Assembly (NCBI GenBank): GCA_963774265.1
Contig: CAVZDU010000002.1
Location: 544,001-608,000, forward strand
Length of the DNA: 64,000 bases
Direction: 5' to 3'
DNA from: an uncultured Chloroflexia bacterium
Lineage (GTDB): Bacteria > Chloroflexota > Anaerolineae > CG2-30-64-16
The notes under the pieces: generated by a model
The model's database searches: none
Told to the model about the DNA's origin: nothing
Seen by the model: the letters and a program-made list of their open reading frames with translations, nothing else
Part shown: positions 1-10,085 of the stretch, piece after piece
Position numbering within the stretch: the stretch's first letter is position 1
How the letters are laid out: the number at the start of each line of letters is the position of its first letter
Translations under genes and position numbers: made by a program

Positions 1-1414
1 GATCGATGCTGGCCAGGGCGACGCAGTGGAAGGCAAGATCCCAGGCTGCGAGCCAGGGGAACTCCCACTTATCGGGCACGGAGATGATATCCGCCGAGTT
101 GAAATGGACCCACTCATGATTGCGCCCGAGATCGCGCCCGAGAGGCGGCGCCGGCTGACCCGGATCGCCCCGCAGCCATTGGTCCACGTTATAGTGGTAG
201 AATTGCTTGGACCACAACAGTCCGGCGAATGCTTGCCGTTGCACCCTGCGCTCATCTTCATTCAAAGCGGGCGGCTGGAGTGCGGCGTAATATTCGTCCG
301 CCTCTCGCCGGCGACAGGCAAAGATCGAATCATAGTCGGCGAATGGATCGCGCAGCGAGACTTGAGGCGTCAGCACAGTCGATGTCTGAGCGCCGGTTGG
401 ATGCCCGCTGTTCGCAGTTGATATGAGCCGCAGGCGAATGATGGCCGTCGCCCCGGCATCCTGAACGCACTCGTATTGGGCGGCGGCCTTTGTTCCCGCA
501 CCTTCCGGATTCACCGACGCGCTATCCCCGCCAATTATATAGGCATGGAAGGCGTCCTTGACGTAAGGTGTTTCATTGCGCACGCCATCGAGACGCTGGA
601 AATTGGTTTCGTTATCCGTGAAGAGGAGCTCACGCGCGCCCTGGCAAAAGAGGCGGTAATCGCCCAGAGAGGGATGGCTCGCTCGAACGACCAGGCATCC
701 GGAACCGGCTTTTTCAGGCGTCCTCCCCACCTCGCCGGGTATCCCCTGATGCAGATCGGGGCGGACGCCCGTGCGGTCCCAAGACCAGGTGTTGCGAAAC
801 CAGAGGGTGGGCAGCAGGTGCAAGGTTGCCTCCGCCGGCCCCCGATTGACGGCACTGATGCGGATGAGAATATCCTCCGGCGCAGCCTTGGCATATTCCA
901 CGAAGACGTCGAAGTAGCGGTTCTCGGCAAACACGCCCGTGTCGAGCAGTTCGAACTCGGGCTCCTGCTTCGATCGGCGGTCGTTCTCGGTGACAAGCTG
1001 GCTGTAAGGATACGCCGCTTGTGGGTATTTGTAGAGGACCTGCATGTAGCTGTGGGTCGGCGTGTTGTCGAGATAAAAGTAGTATTCCTTGAGGTCCTCC
1101 CCGTGGTTGCCTTGCGCGTTGGTGAGACCGAACAGGCGTTCCTTGAGGATGGGGTCCTGGCCATTCCACAGGGCCAGGGCGAAGCAGAGCTGCTGCTGGC
1201 TGTCGGAGATCCCGGCCAGTCCGTCCTCGTTCCAACGGTAGGCCCGTGAGCGCGCGTGGTCGTGCGGAAGATACTCCCAGGCGGCGCCGTCGGCGCTGTA
1301 GTCTTCACGCACCGTGCCCCAGGCGCGCTCGCTCAGATAGGGCCCCCATTTCTTCCAATCAGCCCGGGCCGCCTGATGCTCGGCCAGGCGCTGTTCTTCG
1401 GCTATGTCGGCCAT
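1..1414 (-). CDS. MGH1-like / GH63-family glucosidase, 3' end truncated by window edge
   Basis: Manual translation from ATG 1414: MADIAEEQRL..WKKWGPYLSERAWGTVREDYS..GNHGEDLKEYYFYLDNTPTHSYM..MPDKWEFPWLAAWDLAFHC. First and last codons share a frame. Absent from the ORF track because it runs off the window. Confidence 0.85.
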   Translation of the reverse strand, partial: MADIAEEQRLAEHQAARADWKKWGPYLSERAWGTVREDYSADGAAWEYLPHDHARSRAYRWNEDGLAGISDSQQQLCFALALWNGQDPILKERLFGLTNAQGNHGEDLKEYYFYLDNTPTHSYMQVLYKYPQAAYPYSQLVTENDRRSKQEPEFELLDTGVFAENRYFDVFVEYAKAAPEDILIRISAVNRGPAEATLHLLPTLWFRNTWSWDRTGVRPDLHQGIPGEVGRTPEKAGSGCLVVRASHPSLGDYRLFCQGARELLFTDNETNFQRLDGVRNETPYVKDAFHAYIIGGDSASVNPEGAGTKAAAQYECVQDAGATAIIRLRLISTANSGHPTGAQTSTVLTPQVSLRDPFADYDSIFACRRREADEYYAALQPPALNEDERRVQRQAFAGLLWSKQFYHYNVDQWLRGDPGQPAPPLGRDLGRNHEWVHFNSADIISVPDKWEFPWLAAWDLAFHCVALASID

Positions 1415-1735
1415 TTTCGGGTCTCACCATGACGAATCCGGCCGATTGCTCGGCCCGTGTCGTCGGTATCTGAGTGATCCTGGTCTCCTCCGAGGATTGC
1501 CGGCCGGAGACCCGGTAGACGACCCCCAGTCGATAATACAACCATACACCCCGTTCCTGCACGGTTCAGGAACCTGACTCGCCGTGCCAGGCGGTCAAGA
1601 CACCGCCTGTAGATCTACCCGTCCGAACTCAGGTCCGGACCTCAGTTTTGCCGTTTGCGCTTTCCTTCTGCTGAGAGTAGGATATACCACAAATTCGCTC
1701 GTTAAGCACGGTGACGCCGCCACAAGGAGAAACAG

Positions 1736-2203
1736 ATGACCTTCTCTCCCACCGGTCCTGGGTTCTTCGGCACGACGGCCACCTTCCGCTCCGATGCCAC
1801 GCTTGTCTTGATGCTCTTCACAGCCATTTTGTTCACCATCGGGTGGCGCCTCGCCGCTAACAAGCGCTACGAAGCGCATCGTTGGGTGCAGACTGTCGCA
1901 GTGGCTCTGAACACCCTCGGCATCCTGGTCACGATGATCGGCTCGTTCCTGTCCAGCATTCTTCCCGGCATCCCGAACAAGCTGCTTGAAGGCTCCTACG
2001 GCATCACGACGGTGCATGCGCTCGTGGGGCTGACCGCCATGCTTCTGGGCGTGTTCGTTGTCTTGCGAGCAAACAACCTCGTGCCAAACAGCCTGCGCTT
2101 CAAGGATTACACGCGAGTCATGCGGATCTCCTACGCGCTTTACATGTTGGCGACGCTCGGCGGAATCGTCGTCTACGTCGTCGTGTTCGTTTTTCACATC
2201 TAG
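1736..2203 (+). CDS. DUF420-like small membrane protein (about 4 TM helices)
   Basis: AAGGAG RBS upstream; hydrophobic helices with His motifs (YEAHRWVQ, TTVHALVG) and a C-terminal LYMLATLGGIVVY. Confidence 0.6.
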   Translation: MTFSPTGPGFFGTTATFRSDATLVLMLFTAILFTIGWRLAANKRYEAHRWVQTVAVALNTLGILVTMIGSFLSSILPGIPNKLLEGSYGITTVHALVGLTAMLLGVFVVLRANNLVPNSLRFKDYTRVMRISYALYMLATLGGIVVYVVVFVFHI

Positions 2204-2212
2204 GGATTCCCC

Positions 2213-3763
2213 ATGTTGCTACAAATCATCTTCGCAGGTTGTTCGTTGGTGTTGACCTTCCTCTTCTTCCTCTATGGCTTCAATCACTACTACTTGCTCG
2301 CAGCCGCGCGTAGATACAAGTCACCTGTCCTGACCGGCACCGCCGGTCGCAGGCCATCGGTTTCAATCCACTTGCCCGTCTACAACGAGAAGTACGTCAT
2401 TCGCCGGCTGGTGGCCGCGTGCGCACGCATGGCCGAGGCGTACGGTCGTGCCGAAGTGAACATCCTGATCATCGACGACTCGGACGATGACACGGTGGCG
2501 GAGATCGATGATGTGACGGCCGAATACCTGGCCAAGGGTTTCCGCATCGGGGTTCTGCGCCGCGAAAGCAGGCAAGGATTCAAGGCGGGCGGCCTGCAGA
2601 GGGCGCTCGAACAAACGGAGGACGAGTTCGTCGTCGTCTTCGATGCCGACTTCATCCCCTCAGCAGACTTCCTCATGTGCACCCTGCCATATTTTGTCCA
2701 GGATGAGCGGCTAGGCATCATCCAGACCCGCTGGGCCCATCTCAACCGGGATTACAACTTCCTGACCAGGTCGATCGCGGTTGGCATCGACGTCCACTTT
2801 TTTATCGAACAGGCCGGCCGGTTTGCTGCCGGGTGCTTCCAGAATTTCAACGGCAGCGGCGGCGTGCTCAGAACAAAGGCGTTGGTGGAGGCGGGCGGCT
2901 GGCAAGCAGACACACTGGCCGAGGACCTGGATGTGAGCTACCGGATTCAGCTAAAGGGGTATCAGTTTTTGTATCTGCGCGACCTGCCCAGTCCTGGCGA
3001 GATCCCACCCACGGTCCCGAGCTTCAAAAAACAGCAGGGCCGCTGGGCATGCGGCTCCCTGCGGACGGCGCGCAAGATCCTGCCGGCGCTCCTGGCAGAC
3101 CGCAGCCTCGGCTTCAAGAAGCGCCTGGAGGCGTTCATCCATCTCACTGGCTACCTGGTTCACCCCTTGATGTTCGGCTCCTTCGTGCTGGCTTGTTTGG
3201 GGACCCTGTTCCACATCTACACTTTTCGCATCGCACTCTCCGTCTCGCCCCTGTCGCCCGGTGTCAACGCGGAGACGACGCGAGCCACCGCCGCTCTCTT
3301 GTTCCAGAACCTGCCCTGGGTGTTGCTGGGCCTGATGATCGTTCTGTGCACGATTGCGGTCTGGATCACGCCAGTGGCAGCGCTGAGAACACAAGGCTTC
3401 TCGGCGTCACAAAACGCAGCGAACCTCGTGGTCCTGTTTTTGCTCGGCTGCGGCATAAGCCTGAACAACACGATCGAAGCCGGCAAGGCCCTGCTCACGA
3501 ACCGCGACTGGGCATTCCGGCGCACTCCGAAATACGCCATCCGCCACAGCCAGGAAGGGTGGCGCGAAAAGCGCTACCAGGTGCCGTTGGACTCTGTGTG
3601 CTTCCTCGAGTTGGCCTGTGTGGGCCTGGGAGCCTTCGCGATCGGCGATGCTGTCAGCGACGCCAACTACGGCGTACTGGTGATCCTGGTCCCCTATGTC
3701 GCCGCCTACCTCTTCGTCGCGCTGCTCACCATCCGTCAGAGTCGACGCGGCCAGGGCGCGTGA
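2213..3763 (+). CDS. GT2 cellulose-synthase-like glycosyltransferase
   Basis: LPVYNE, DDSDD, GFKAGGL, FDADF, LAEDLD and QQGRW motifs; C-terminal TM helices. Confidence 0.9.
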   Translation: MLLQIIFAGCSLVLTFLFFLYGFNHYYLLAAARRYKSPVLTGTAGRRPSVSIHLPVYNEKYVIRRLVAACARMAEAYGRAEVNILIIDDSDDDTVAEIDDVTAEYLAKGFRIGVLRRESRQGFKAGGLQRALEQTEDEFVVVFDADFIPSADFLMCTLPYFVQDERLGIIQTRWAHLNRDYNFLTRSIAVGIDVHFFIEQAGRFAAGCFQNFNGSGGVLRTKALVEAGGWQADTLAEDLDVSYRIQLKGYQFLYLRDLPSPGEIPPTVPSFKKQQGRWACGSLRTARKILPALLADRSLGFKKRLEAFIHLTGYLVHPLMFGSFVLACLGTLFHIYTFRIALSVSPLSPGVNAETTRATAALLFQNLPWVLLGLMIVLCTIAVWITPVAALRTQGFSASQNAANLVVLFLLGCGISLNNTIEAGKALLTNRDWAFRRTPKYAIRHSQEGWREKRYQVPLDSVCFLELACVGLGAFAIGDAVSDANYGVLVILVPYVAAYLFVALLTIRQSRRGQGA

Positions 3764-3764
3764 T

Positions 3765-5063
3765 ATGGCGCGCCCGCTGAACCCTCCCGGGGGCGCCAGC
3801 GTCCGGGCTCTTACGAGGCAGAACCGGGCGATCCTGCTCCTGAGCATCGCACTCCAGCTTGTCCTGGGGCTGCTCTTCGGGCACAACTACGACATGCGAA
3901 TCTTCATGGCCACAGGCTATCTCGTCGACACCGGCCAGAACCCGTACGTCGCCCAGGACCTTACGGCCGTGTTTCACAACAGCTCTTTCCAGGGGATGAC
4001 CTCGGTAGGCTATCCGCCGCCCTGGCCTCTCGTGCTGGGGTTCCTCTACCGTCTCGTCTACGCCAACATCCCCCAACTTCTCGTCTACAATCTCGCGATC
4101 AAGCTCCCCGTGATCGCAGCCAACATCTGCCTGGCCTACCTGGTGTACCTGATCCTGAATCACATGGGCGCGTCCGCGGCCGTGTCTCGCCGGGCCTGGG
4201 TCTTCCTGCTACTCAATCCCTTTCTTCTGTTCTTCGCCAGCGCCTGGGGGCAGTTCGATTCGATCGTGGCTCTGCTGTCGCTGCTGAGCTTGATCCTTCT
4301 CCATGCAGGCAGGCCGGGCCGCTCCGCCGTCTTGCTCGCCCTGGCGATTTCCTTCAAGCCGACCGCGCTCCCCCTGGTCTTGGTAGCCCTCGTGGTCCTG
4401 CTGGGCCGGCCAGTCGGACCGCTGTTACGCTATTTGGCAGTGTTCCTCGCTGGCATGCTCGTGTTTTGCGTCGCTCCTTTCGTGATCTTCGGCTGGGATC
4501 CCACCCCGATCCTTACGCATTGGAATGCGCATTTCACCGTGGCCGGAGCCATGTCCTTCATGACCTTCTTCGAGCTTCTGCGCAACTCCTACCAATTGCC
4601 CGGGAATTGGTGGCTGCTGGGTCTGGCCTGGATTCCGGCCCTGGCGATCGGCGCCTTGGCACTCAGGCCCGGGTCAGCCGGGTTTGCGAACCTTCTCAAG
4701 AAGAGTCTCGCGCTGATCCTGGTGTTCTTTCTCACCCGGACCTGGTTGTCCGAGCCGAACGTCATCCTGATCCTGCCCTTGGTGCTGATCCTGACCTCGA
4801 TCGGCGAGCTGGACCGGCGTGCCCTCGCCGCCGTCTGGATCTTGCCCCTGCTGTTCACGATTCTCAATGCCTCGCCGCCCCAGCTGCTCTTTCCCAGTTT
4901 CCCCGAGGCCATGGTAAGAGTGCTGGCGGTTGGCGAGGAGTTTCGCACTGCCAGGCTGATCGCCAGGATCGTCTTGGTGATCCTATGGCAAGTGGCAGGG
5001 TGGTGGATTGTCATCACCTGCTTCAAGAGAGATCGGGCTGCATCGAGCGGGGTGCGGGCTTGA
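3765..5063 (+). CDS. Polytopic GT-C type glycosyltransferase (GT87/PIG-M-like)
   Basis: ATG 1 nt after the GT2 stop; HNYDMRIF, YPPPWPL, LLNPF..SAWGQFDS and ALAISFKP motifs; many TM segments. Confidence 0.65.
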   Translation: MARPLNPPGGASVRALTRQNRAILLLSIALQLVLGLLFGHNYDMRIFMATGYLVDTGQNPYVAQDLTAVFHNSSFQGMTSVGYPPPWPLVLGFLYRLVYANIPQLLVYNLAIKLPVIAANICLAYLVYLILNHMGASAAVSRRAWVFLLLNPFLLFFASAWGQFDSIVALLSLLSLILLHAGRPGRSAVLLALAISFKPTALPLVLVALVVLLGRPVGPLLRYLAVFLAGMLVFCVAPFVIFGWDPTPILTHWNAHFTVAGAMSFMTFFELLRNSYQLPGNWWLLGLAWIPALAIGALALRPGSAGFANLLKKSLALILVFFLTRTWLSEPNVILILPLVLILTSIGELDRRALAAVWILPLLFTILNASPPQLLFPSFPEAMVRVLAVGEEFRTARLIARIVLVILWQVAGWWIVITCFKRDRAASSGVRA

Positions 5064-5096
5064 TCGAGATTCGCGCGAGCGAGGGAAGTTGCTCTC

Positions 5097-5934
5097 ATGG
5101 AGATTGACCTTCCGGTCTCGCCGGGGCTCGCGCTGAGGATCGACAAGACCGCCGGCAGCCAAGGCACCTATCCAACCTCGCGGCTGCAAAAGGGGTTGCT
5201 GCTGGTTCACAACGGCGAGGAGTTGGCCGAGGAGGCTGTCGGCTTTGGCGTGCCCGTGCTCAAGCGCGGGCTGCAGACCATTTTCCCGGGCGACGTCGAG
5301 CTGGCCCTGCGGCGCAGCGGGCCGGTTGCTGAGATCACTGCCATCTACGTCGCTCAACCTGGAGGAGAAAGTCGCCAGGCCGGGACGCGGAACGGTCAAC
5401 AACACCTCGCTCTACGCAATCAAGGACCGCCTCGCCGCACTCATCCGTGCGCTGTCCCTCCTGCGCGGCCCGCTGACGGCCGCATCGAGCGGCTTGCGCC
5501 GGCTGTTCGGCTGGGAGACGACCTACGAGGCAGCGGGGTTCTGCACGCAGTTGCAGGTGATCTACACCGTCGACGGGGCCACGGGCACGATCAACGTCCA
5601 GGTCGATACGACCGACCTGCTCCGGGAGGGCGTCACGGAAGTGGCGATGATGAACGAGCAAGGAGGTCACCACTTCGACGAGTACCGGGACTCTCTCGGC
5701 GACCTCCTTCGCGGGCACGAGATCGGCTGCTGGGACGAGGTAGACGCCGAAGAGGCCTCCTTCGTGAGCACTGCCCACGGCCTGGCCTTCACCCTCGGGC
5801 AGGTGCCAGGGGCGCGGCTGTTCCGGGGCCGAGAGTTGATCGGCTCCCGCCTGGCCTGGTCCGGTTTTGGCTATTCCTTCTCGCCGGCACTCGGGACGTT
5901 CAGCTATGATCTGAGCATCGGAAGGACGCCATGA
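5097..5934 (+). CDS. Hypothetical protein (~280 aa, one frameshift near 5350)
   Basis: N-terminus in ORF 5097 (ELAEEAVGFGVPVLK), C-terminus in ORF 5245 (VAMMNEQGGHHFDEYRDS..RGRELIGSRLAWSG); its stop overlaps the next ATG (ATGA). Confidence 0.6.
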
Positions 5935-7308
5935 CCTCGGTATTGCTCATCTACCCCTATTTCAAACCCCGCCGCGATCGCTCCGTCTTTCGGTTTCCGC
6001 CACTCGGGATCAGTTACGTGGCCGCCAGCCTGCGCGAAGCGGGCCACGAGGTCGACCTGCTGGATTGCACCTTCTTGCAGACGCAATGACGCGCTGGAGC
6101 AGAGCCTGGCGGCACGGGCGGAGGTGGTCGGCATCTACTGCATGTCGACCATGCTCGAGGATGCTCTGTGGTTCGCCGCGGCCCTGCGTGACCACTGCCA
6201 GCTCCTCGTCGCCGGAGGCCCGCTGCCCACCTGCGACCCCGCGCCCTTCCTTGGACCATTTGACATCGTCGTGCGTGGCGAGGGGGAACAGACCATGGTC
6301 GAGCTTCTCCGCGCGTACGGCGGGAGATTCGACTTGGGCGCCGTGCCGGGCATCGTGTACCGCAAGGCGTTATCCGTGGGGACGAAGGGTGAAGAGGGGT
6401 TTGCGGCGACCGCGGACCGGCCGTTGGCGAAGGATCTGGACCGCATGCCTTTCCCCGCGCGCCAGTTGCTCCCCAACGACGCCTACATTCGGCACGGCAG
6501 GAAAAGATACGGCTACTCGATCACCACCGTCATGAGCACCCGCGGATGCCCTTTTCGCTGCGAGTTTTGCAGCAATGTGATCTTCGGCGGCTCTTACCGG
6601 GAGCGGTCGGCGCAGAATGTGGTCGATGAGATCGAAGCAGCGCTCCGGCTCGGGTACGATCGCATCTCGTTCGCCGACGATGTGTTCACCTGAACGCTCG
6701 CCGGGTGGTCGAGGTCTGCGACGAGATCAAGCGCCGCGGGCTCCGCTTCCAGTGGGAGTGCCTGGGCCGGGTGGATGCGCTGGATGCGCCGCTCGCCCGG
6801 GAGATGAAGGAGGCCGGCTGCGCCAGGGTGTTCTTCGGCATCGAGTCCGGGAACGATCAGATCCTGAAGCTCATGAACAAGAAGATCACCAGTGCGGCAG
6901 GCGCGCAGCGCGGTGGAGGCTGCCCATCGGGCGGGGCTGCAGGTCGGGGCGTTCTTCATCCTCTTCTACCCAGGGGAGACCGATGACACGGTGATCGAAA
7001 CCCTGCGCTTCGCCACATCGCTCCCCCTGGACTATCTCGGCCTGACGATGCCCTATCCTCTGCCGGGAACGGCTCTGCGCGAACGGGTCAAGGGCCGGGC
7101 GGCCCCTGCAACTCGGCGTCGTGCGACGAGTCTGCTCGAAGACCAGGTGCTCACCTACACCGCCGACTTCTCCGCAGCCAAGATGCAATTTGGGATTCTG
7201 AAAGGACATGCCCAGTTCCGCCTGAAGCGGCGGCTGGGAAGGCTCGCGCCGCTATTTCTGCCGCTCTTCGAAAAGTCCACGGATGCGCTGCTGAGGCTGC
7301 TGCGCTGA
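5931..7308 (+). CDS. B12-binding radical SAM protein (class B methyltransferase-like), frameshifted
   Basis: MTSVLLIYPYF..FPPLGISYVAA; VAGGPLPT; VRGEGE; STRGCPFRCEFC; FADDVF; FFGIESG; indels near 6080, 6690 and 6895. Confidence 0.85.
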
Positions 7309-7316
7309 AGACGGGA

Positions 7317-8630
7317 TCAGCTTCTGCGCTCCTCAAACGCCCGCGTGGTTTGCTCGATGCGGCTCCGCAACCAGGCGGGATCAAACTCCGATTTGTACAC
7401 GAAGGTGACTTCGTTCTCGGTGCTCCAATCCGCGGCCTGGTCTGACCCCGCTCACGCGGTCGAACAGCTCTGAGCCCGGGAGCGGGAAGGGGACATTGAA
7501 GGAAATGTCGTCCAGGGGCAGCGTCAAAGCGAGCCGGAAGGTTTCCTCGATCGAGGCCACGGTTTCGCCCGGGTAGCCGACGATGAAGAAGGCGGCCACC
7601 TCGATGCCGGCCTCGCGGAACCGGTGCACGGCGTCAATTCCATCTTCCAGCCTGACCTTCTTGTTCATCAGGTCAAGCGTGGCCTGGCTGCCCGACTCCA
7701 GACCCAGGTAAACCCTGCTGGCAGCCGGCCTCCTTCATTTGGCGGGCCATCTCCCGGTCGATCCCGGTAGAGCGCGAGAGACAGCTCCAGGAGATCTTCC
7801 GCCCAGCCATGCGCCGGCAGAATTCCTCAAGATGGGTAAGGCTCAGGGTGAAGTTGTCGTCGGCAATCCACAGGCTGTCGTAACCCAACCTCCGGATTTG
7901 CTCGATCTCCTCAAAGACTGCGTCGAGGTTGCGCCGGCGGAAGACATTGCCGAAAACCGGTTTGGAACAGAAGTCGCAGCTGAACGGACAGCCCAGCGTC
8001 GTGATGATCGAAGTGGTCTTCGCCCCGGTCTTCTCGAAGCCAGACCTCCTGATAGGCGGCATGATCGAAGTCGCTCCTGTCCGGAAGAGGAAAACGACTG
8101 CGATCTCGCTCTTCCGAGTAGTGGACACCGGGATTGTCTACCTGCAGCGTATGATTTCGTATGAAAAGCCCTTCATAGGTATCGAGCGGCAGTTCGCCCA
8201 GCCTTTCGCCGGGAGCTCTTCTGATCGAAAAAGTCCCGGCAAAACCGGGGAAAGCTCAGGTCAGACTCCCCCCGGAACACGGCGTCGAAGGGCTGGCTGT
8301 AGCGTTCGGGGTAGAGGGTGGGCAATGGGCCGCCGGCGACGATCAGGCTGTCGGGCAGACGCGCCCGGACCATTTCGGCGATCCGAAAGGCGTTGCGGCT
8401 CAGGGTGATCATGGAGTAGATCCCCACGATATCCGGCCGGTAGGAGACGAGGGCTTCGTGGACCTGTCTTGATCCGTTCCGAACGTGCAATCGAAGATCC
8501 TGGTTTCTACCCCGAGCCGGCGCAGCTGACTCGCCAGGGCGGCAGCTCCCAGCGGGGAAAACAGCATCTCCGTGGGGGATCTGGTCCGGAAATACGGGAA
8601 GACCAGGGCGACCTTGGGCATTGTTTTCAT
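7317..8630 (-). CDS. Second B12-binding radical SAM protein, frameshifted
   Basis: KVALVFPYF..SPLGAAALA; VAGGPLPT; FRGESD; TTLGCPFSCDFC; IADDNF; FIVGYPGET. Confidence 0.85.
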
Positions 8631-8924
8631 ACTTTTCGGATTGTACACCAGCTCGAATGCAACAGCCAACAAAAATCCAAAAAAATCGCTATGAGTAGGA
8701 TTGGCGCAACTCGCTGCGCTGTTGATCTTCGTGCTGCTCACCTGGCCGTCTGTGCGACCGTCCATTGGTACAGATTACGAGATCAGCATTGTAGGTTCCA
8801 GAACTCAGCCAGCGGGCGGTCTTTACTGATACTGGACTGAGCGCCATCGGCAGCCAACTGCCGGCAGCCGGCTTTGACGGAATCGGTTAGGGCTCAGCGA
8901 CGCTGGGAACAAGGAGAGAAAACC

Positions 8925-10085
8925 ATGAGCGACATGACGTTGGCGCCCACGAGTCGTACGCAAGACAATCCTCTGTTGAGACTAGGACGATTGGGCCAGA
9001 GCATCTGGCTCGACTTCATCAGTCGCGGCATGCTCAACGGGGGGCAACTTCGGGATTTGATCGAGCAGGACGGGCTGAGCGGCGTCACCGCCAACCCCAC
9101 TATCTTTGAGAATGCCATTACCGGCAGCCATGACTATGACACCGCCGTCCGCTCCATGGTGCTGAAAAACATGGGGCCACAATCGATGTACGAGACGCTG
9201 GCTATCGAAGATGTGCAGGCCGCAGCGGACCTCTTGCGCCCCGTGTATGATCAGCGCGGCGGAGGCGACGGTTTCGTCAGTTTGGAGGTCTCGCCGCAGC
9301 TCGCTCACGATACCGACGGCACCCTGGCCGAGGCACGCCGCTTCTGGCGTGCGTTGGGCCGGCCGAATGTCATGATCAAGGTGCCTGGCACAAGGGAAGG
9401 ACTGCCCGCCATACGACAATTGACCGCTGAGGGTATCAACGTCAATGTCACCTTGCTGTTTGGCCTGTCGCGCTACCGCCAGGCAGCCGAGGCGTACATT
9501 GCCGGCCTGGAAGAGCGGGCAGCGGCCGGCCAGCCACTCGACACCATCCGCTCCGTCGCCAGCTTCTTCCTCAGCCGGATCGATGTCCTGGTGGACCCGA
9601 TGCTCGAGCAGCAGATGCGGGGGGGCGGCGCCGCCGCGGAGCTGGCAGCCGCGCTGCACGGCCAGACGGCAGTGGCCAGCGCCAAGCTGGCCTACCAGCT
9701 TTTCCGGGAGATCTTTCAAGGTGAGGGTTTCCGCGCCCTGGCCGCCAGTGGTGCGCACCCCCAGCGCGTGTTGTGGGCCAGCACCGGCACTAAGAATCCG
9801 GCCTATCCCGATCTGAAGTACGTCGAGCCGCTGATCGGGCCGGACACGGTGAACACGCTGCCGCTCGAGACGCTACTGGCCTATCGCGATCACGGCAAGG
9901 CGGAGTCCACCCTGGAAGCCGACGTGGCGGCGGCGGTCCAGGTGTTCCAACGGCTGCCCGAGGCAGGCATCGACATCGAGCGGGTGTCACAGCAGTTGGA
10001 GAATGAGGGTGTGCGGAAGTTTGTTGAGGCCCTGGATCGCTTGCTGAAGGCGCTGCAAGAACACGCTGATGGCACCACCCTATGA
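8925..10085 (+). CDS. tal: Transaldolase (large bacterial type)
   Basis: GQSIWLD, GVTANPTIF, GFVSLEVSP, MIKVPGT, NVNVTLLF, SVASFFLSRID and RVLWASTGTK motifs; AAGGAG RBS. Confidence 0.93.
   Translation: MSDMTLAPTSRTQDNPLLRLGRLGQSIWLDFISRGMLNGGQLRDLIEQDGLSGVTANPTIFENAITGSHDYDTAVRSMVLKNMGPQSMYETLAIEDVQAAADLLRPVYDQRGGGDGFVSLEVSPQLAHDTDGTLAEARRFWRALGRPNVMIKVPGTREGLPAIRQLTAEGINVNVTLLFGLSRYRQAAEAYIAGLEERAAAGQPLDTIRSVASFFLSRIDVLVDPMLEQQMRGGGAAAELAAALHGQTAVASAKLAYQLFREIFQGEGFRALAASGAHPQRVLWASTGTKNPAYPDLKYVEPLIGPDTVNTLPLETLLAYRDHGKAESTLEADVAAAVQVFQRLPEAGIDIERVSQQLENEGVRKFVEALDRLLKALQEHADGTTL

Noticed and set aside
26-1473. Plus-strand ORFs 26-421 and 476-1249, and the many other long antisense or alternate-frame ORFs across the window
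   Set aside because: These are shadow ORFs of GC-rich coding sequence; the motif-bearing gene lies on another strand or frame.
6685-6700. TGA at 6691 in the radical SAM gene as possible selenocysteine
   Set aside because: The downstream sequence continues in a different frame (ACC-CTG-AAC with one C missing), so this is an indel; the position is not a Cys site.
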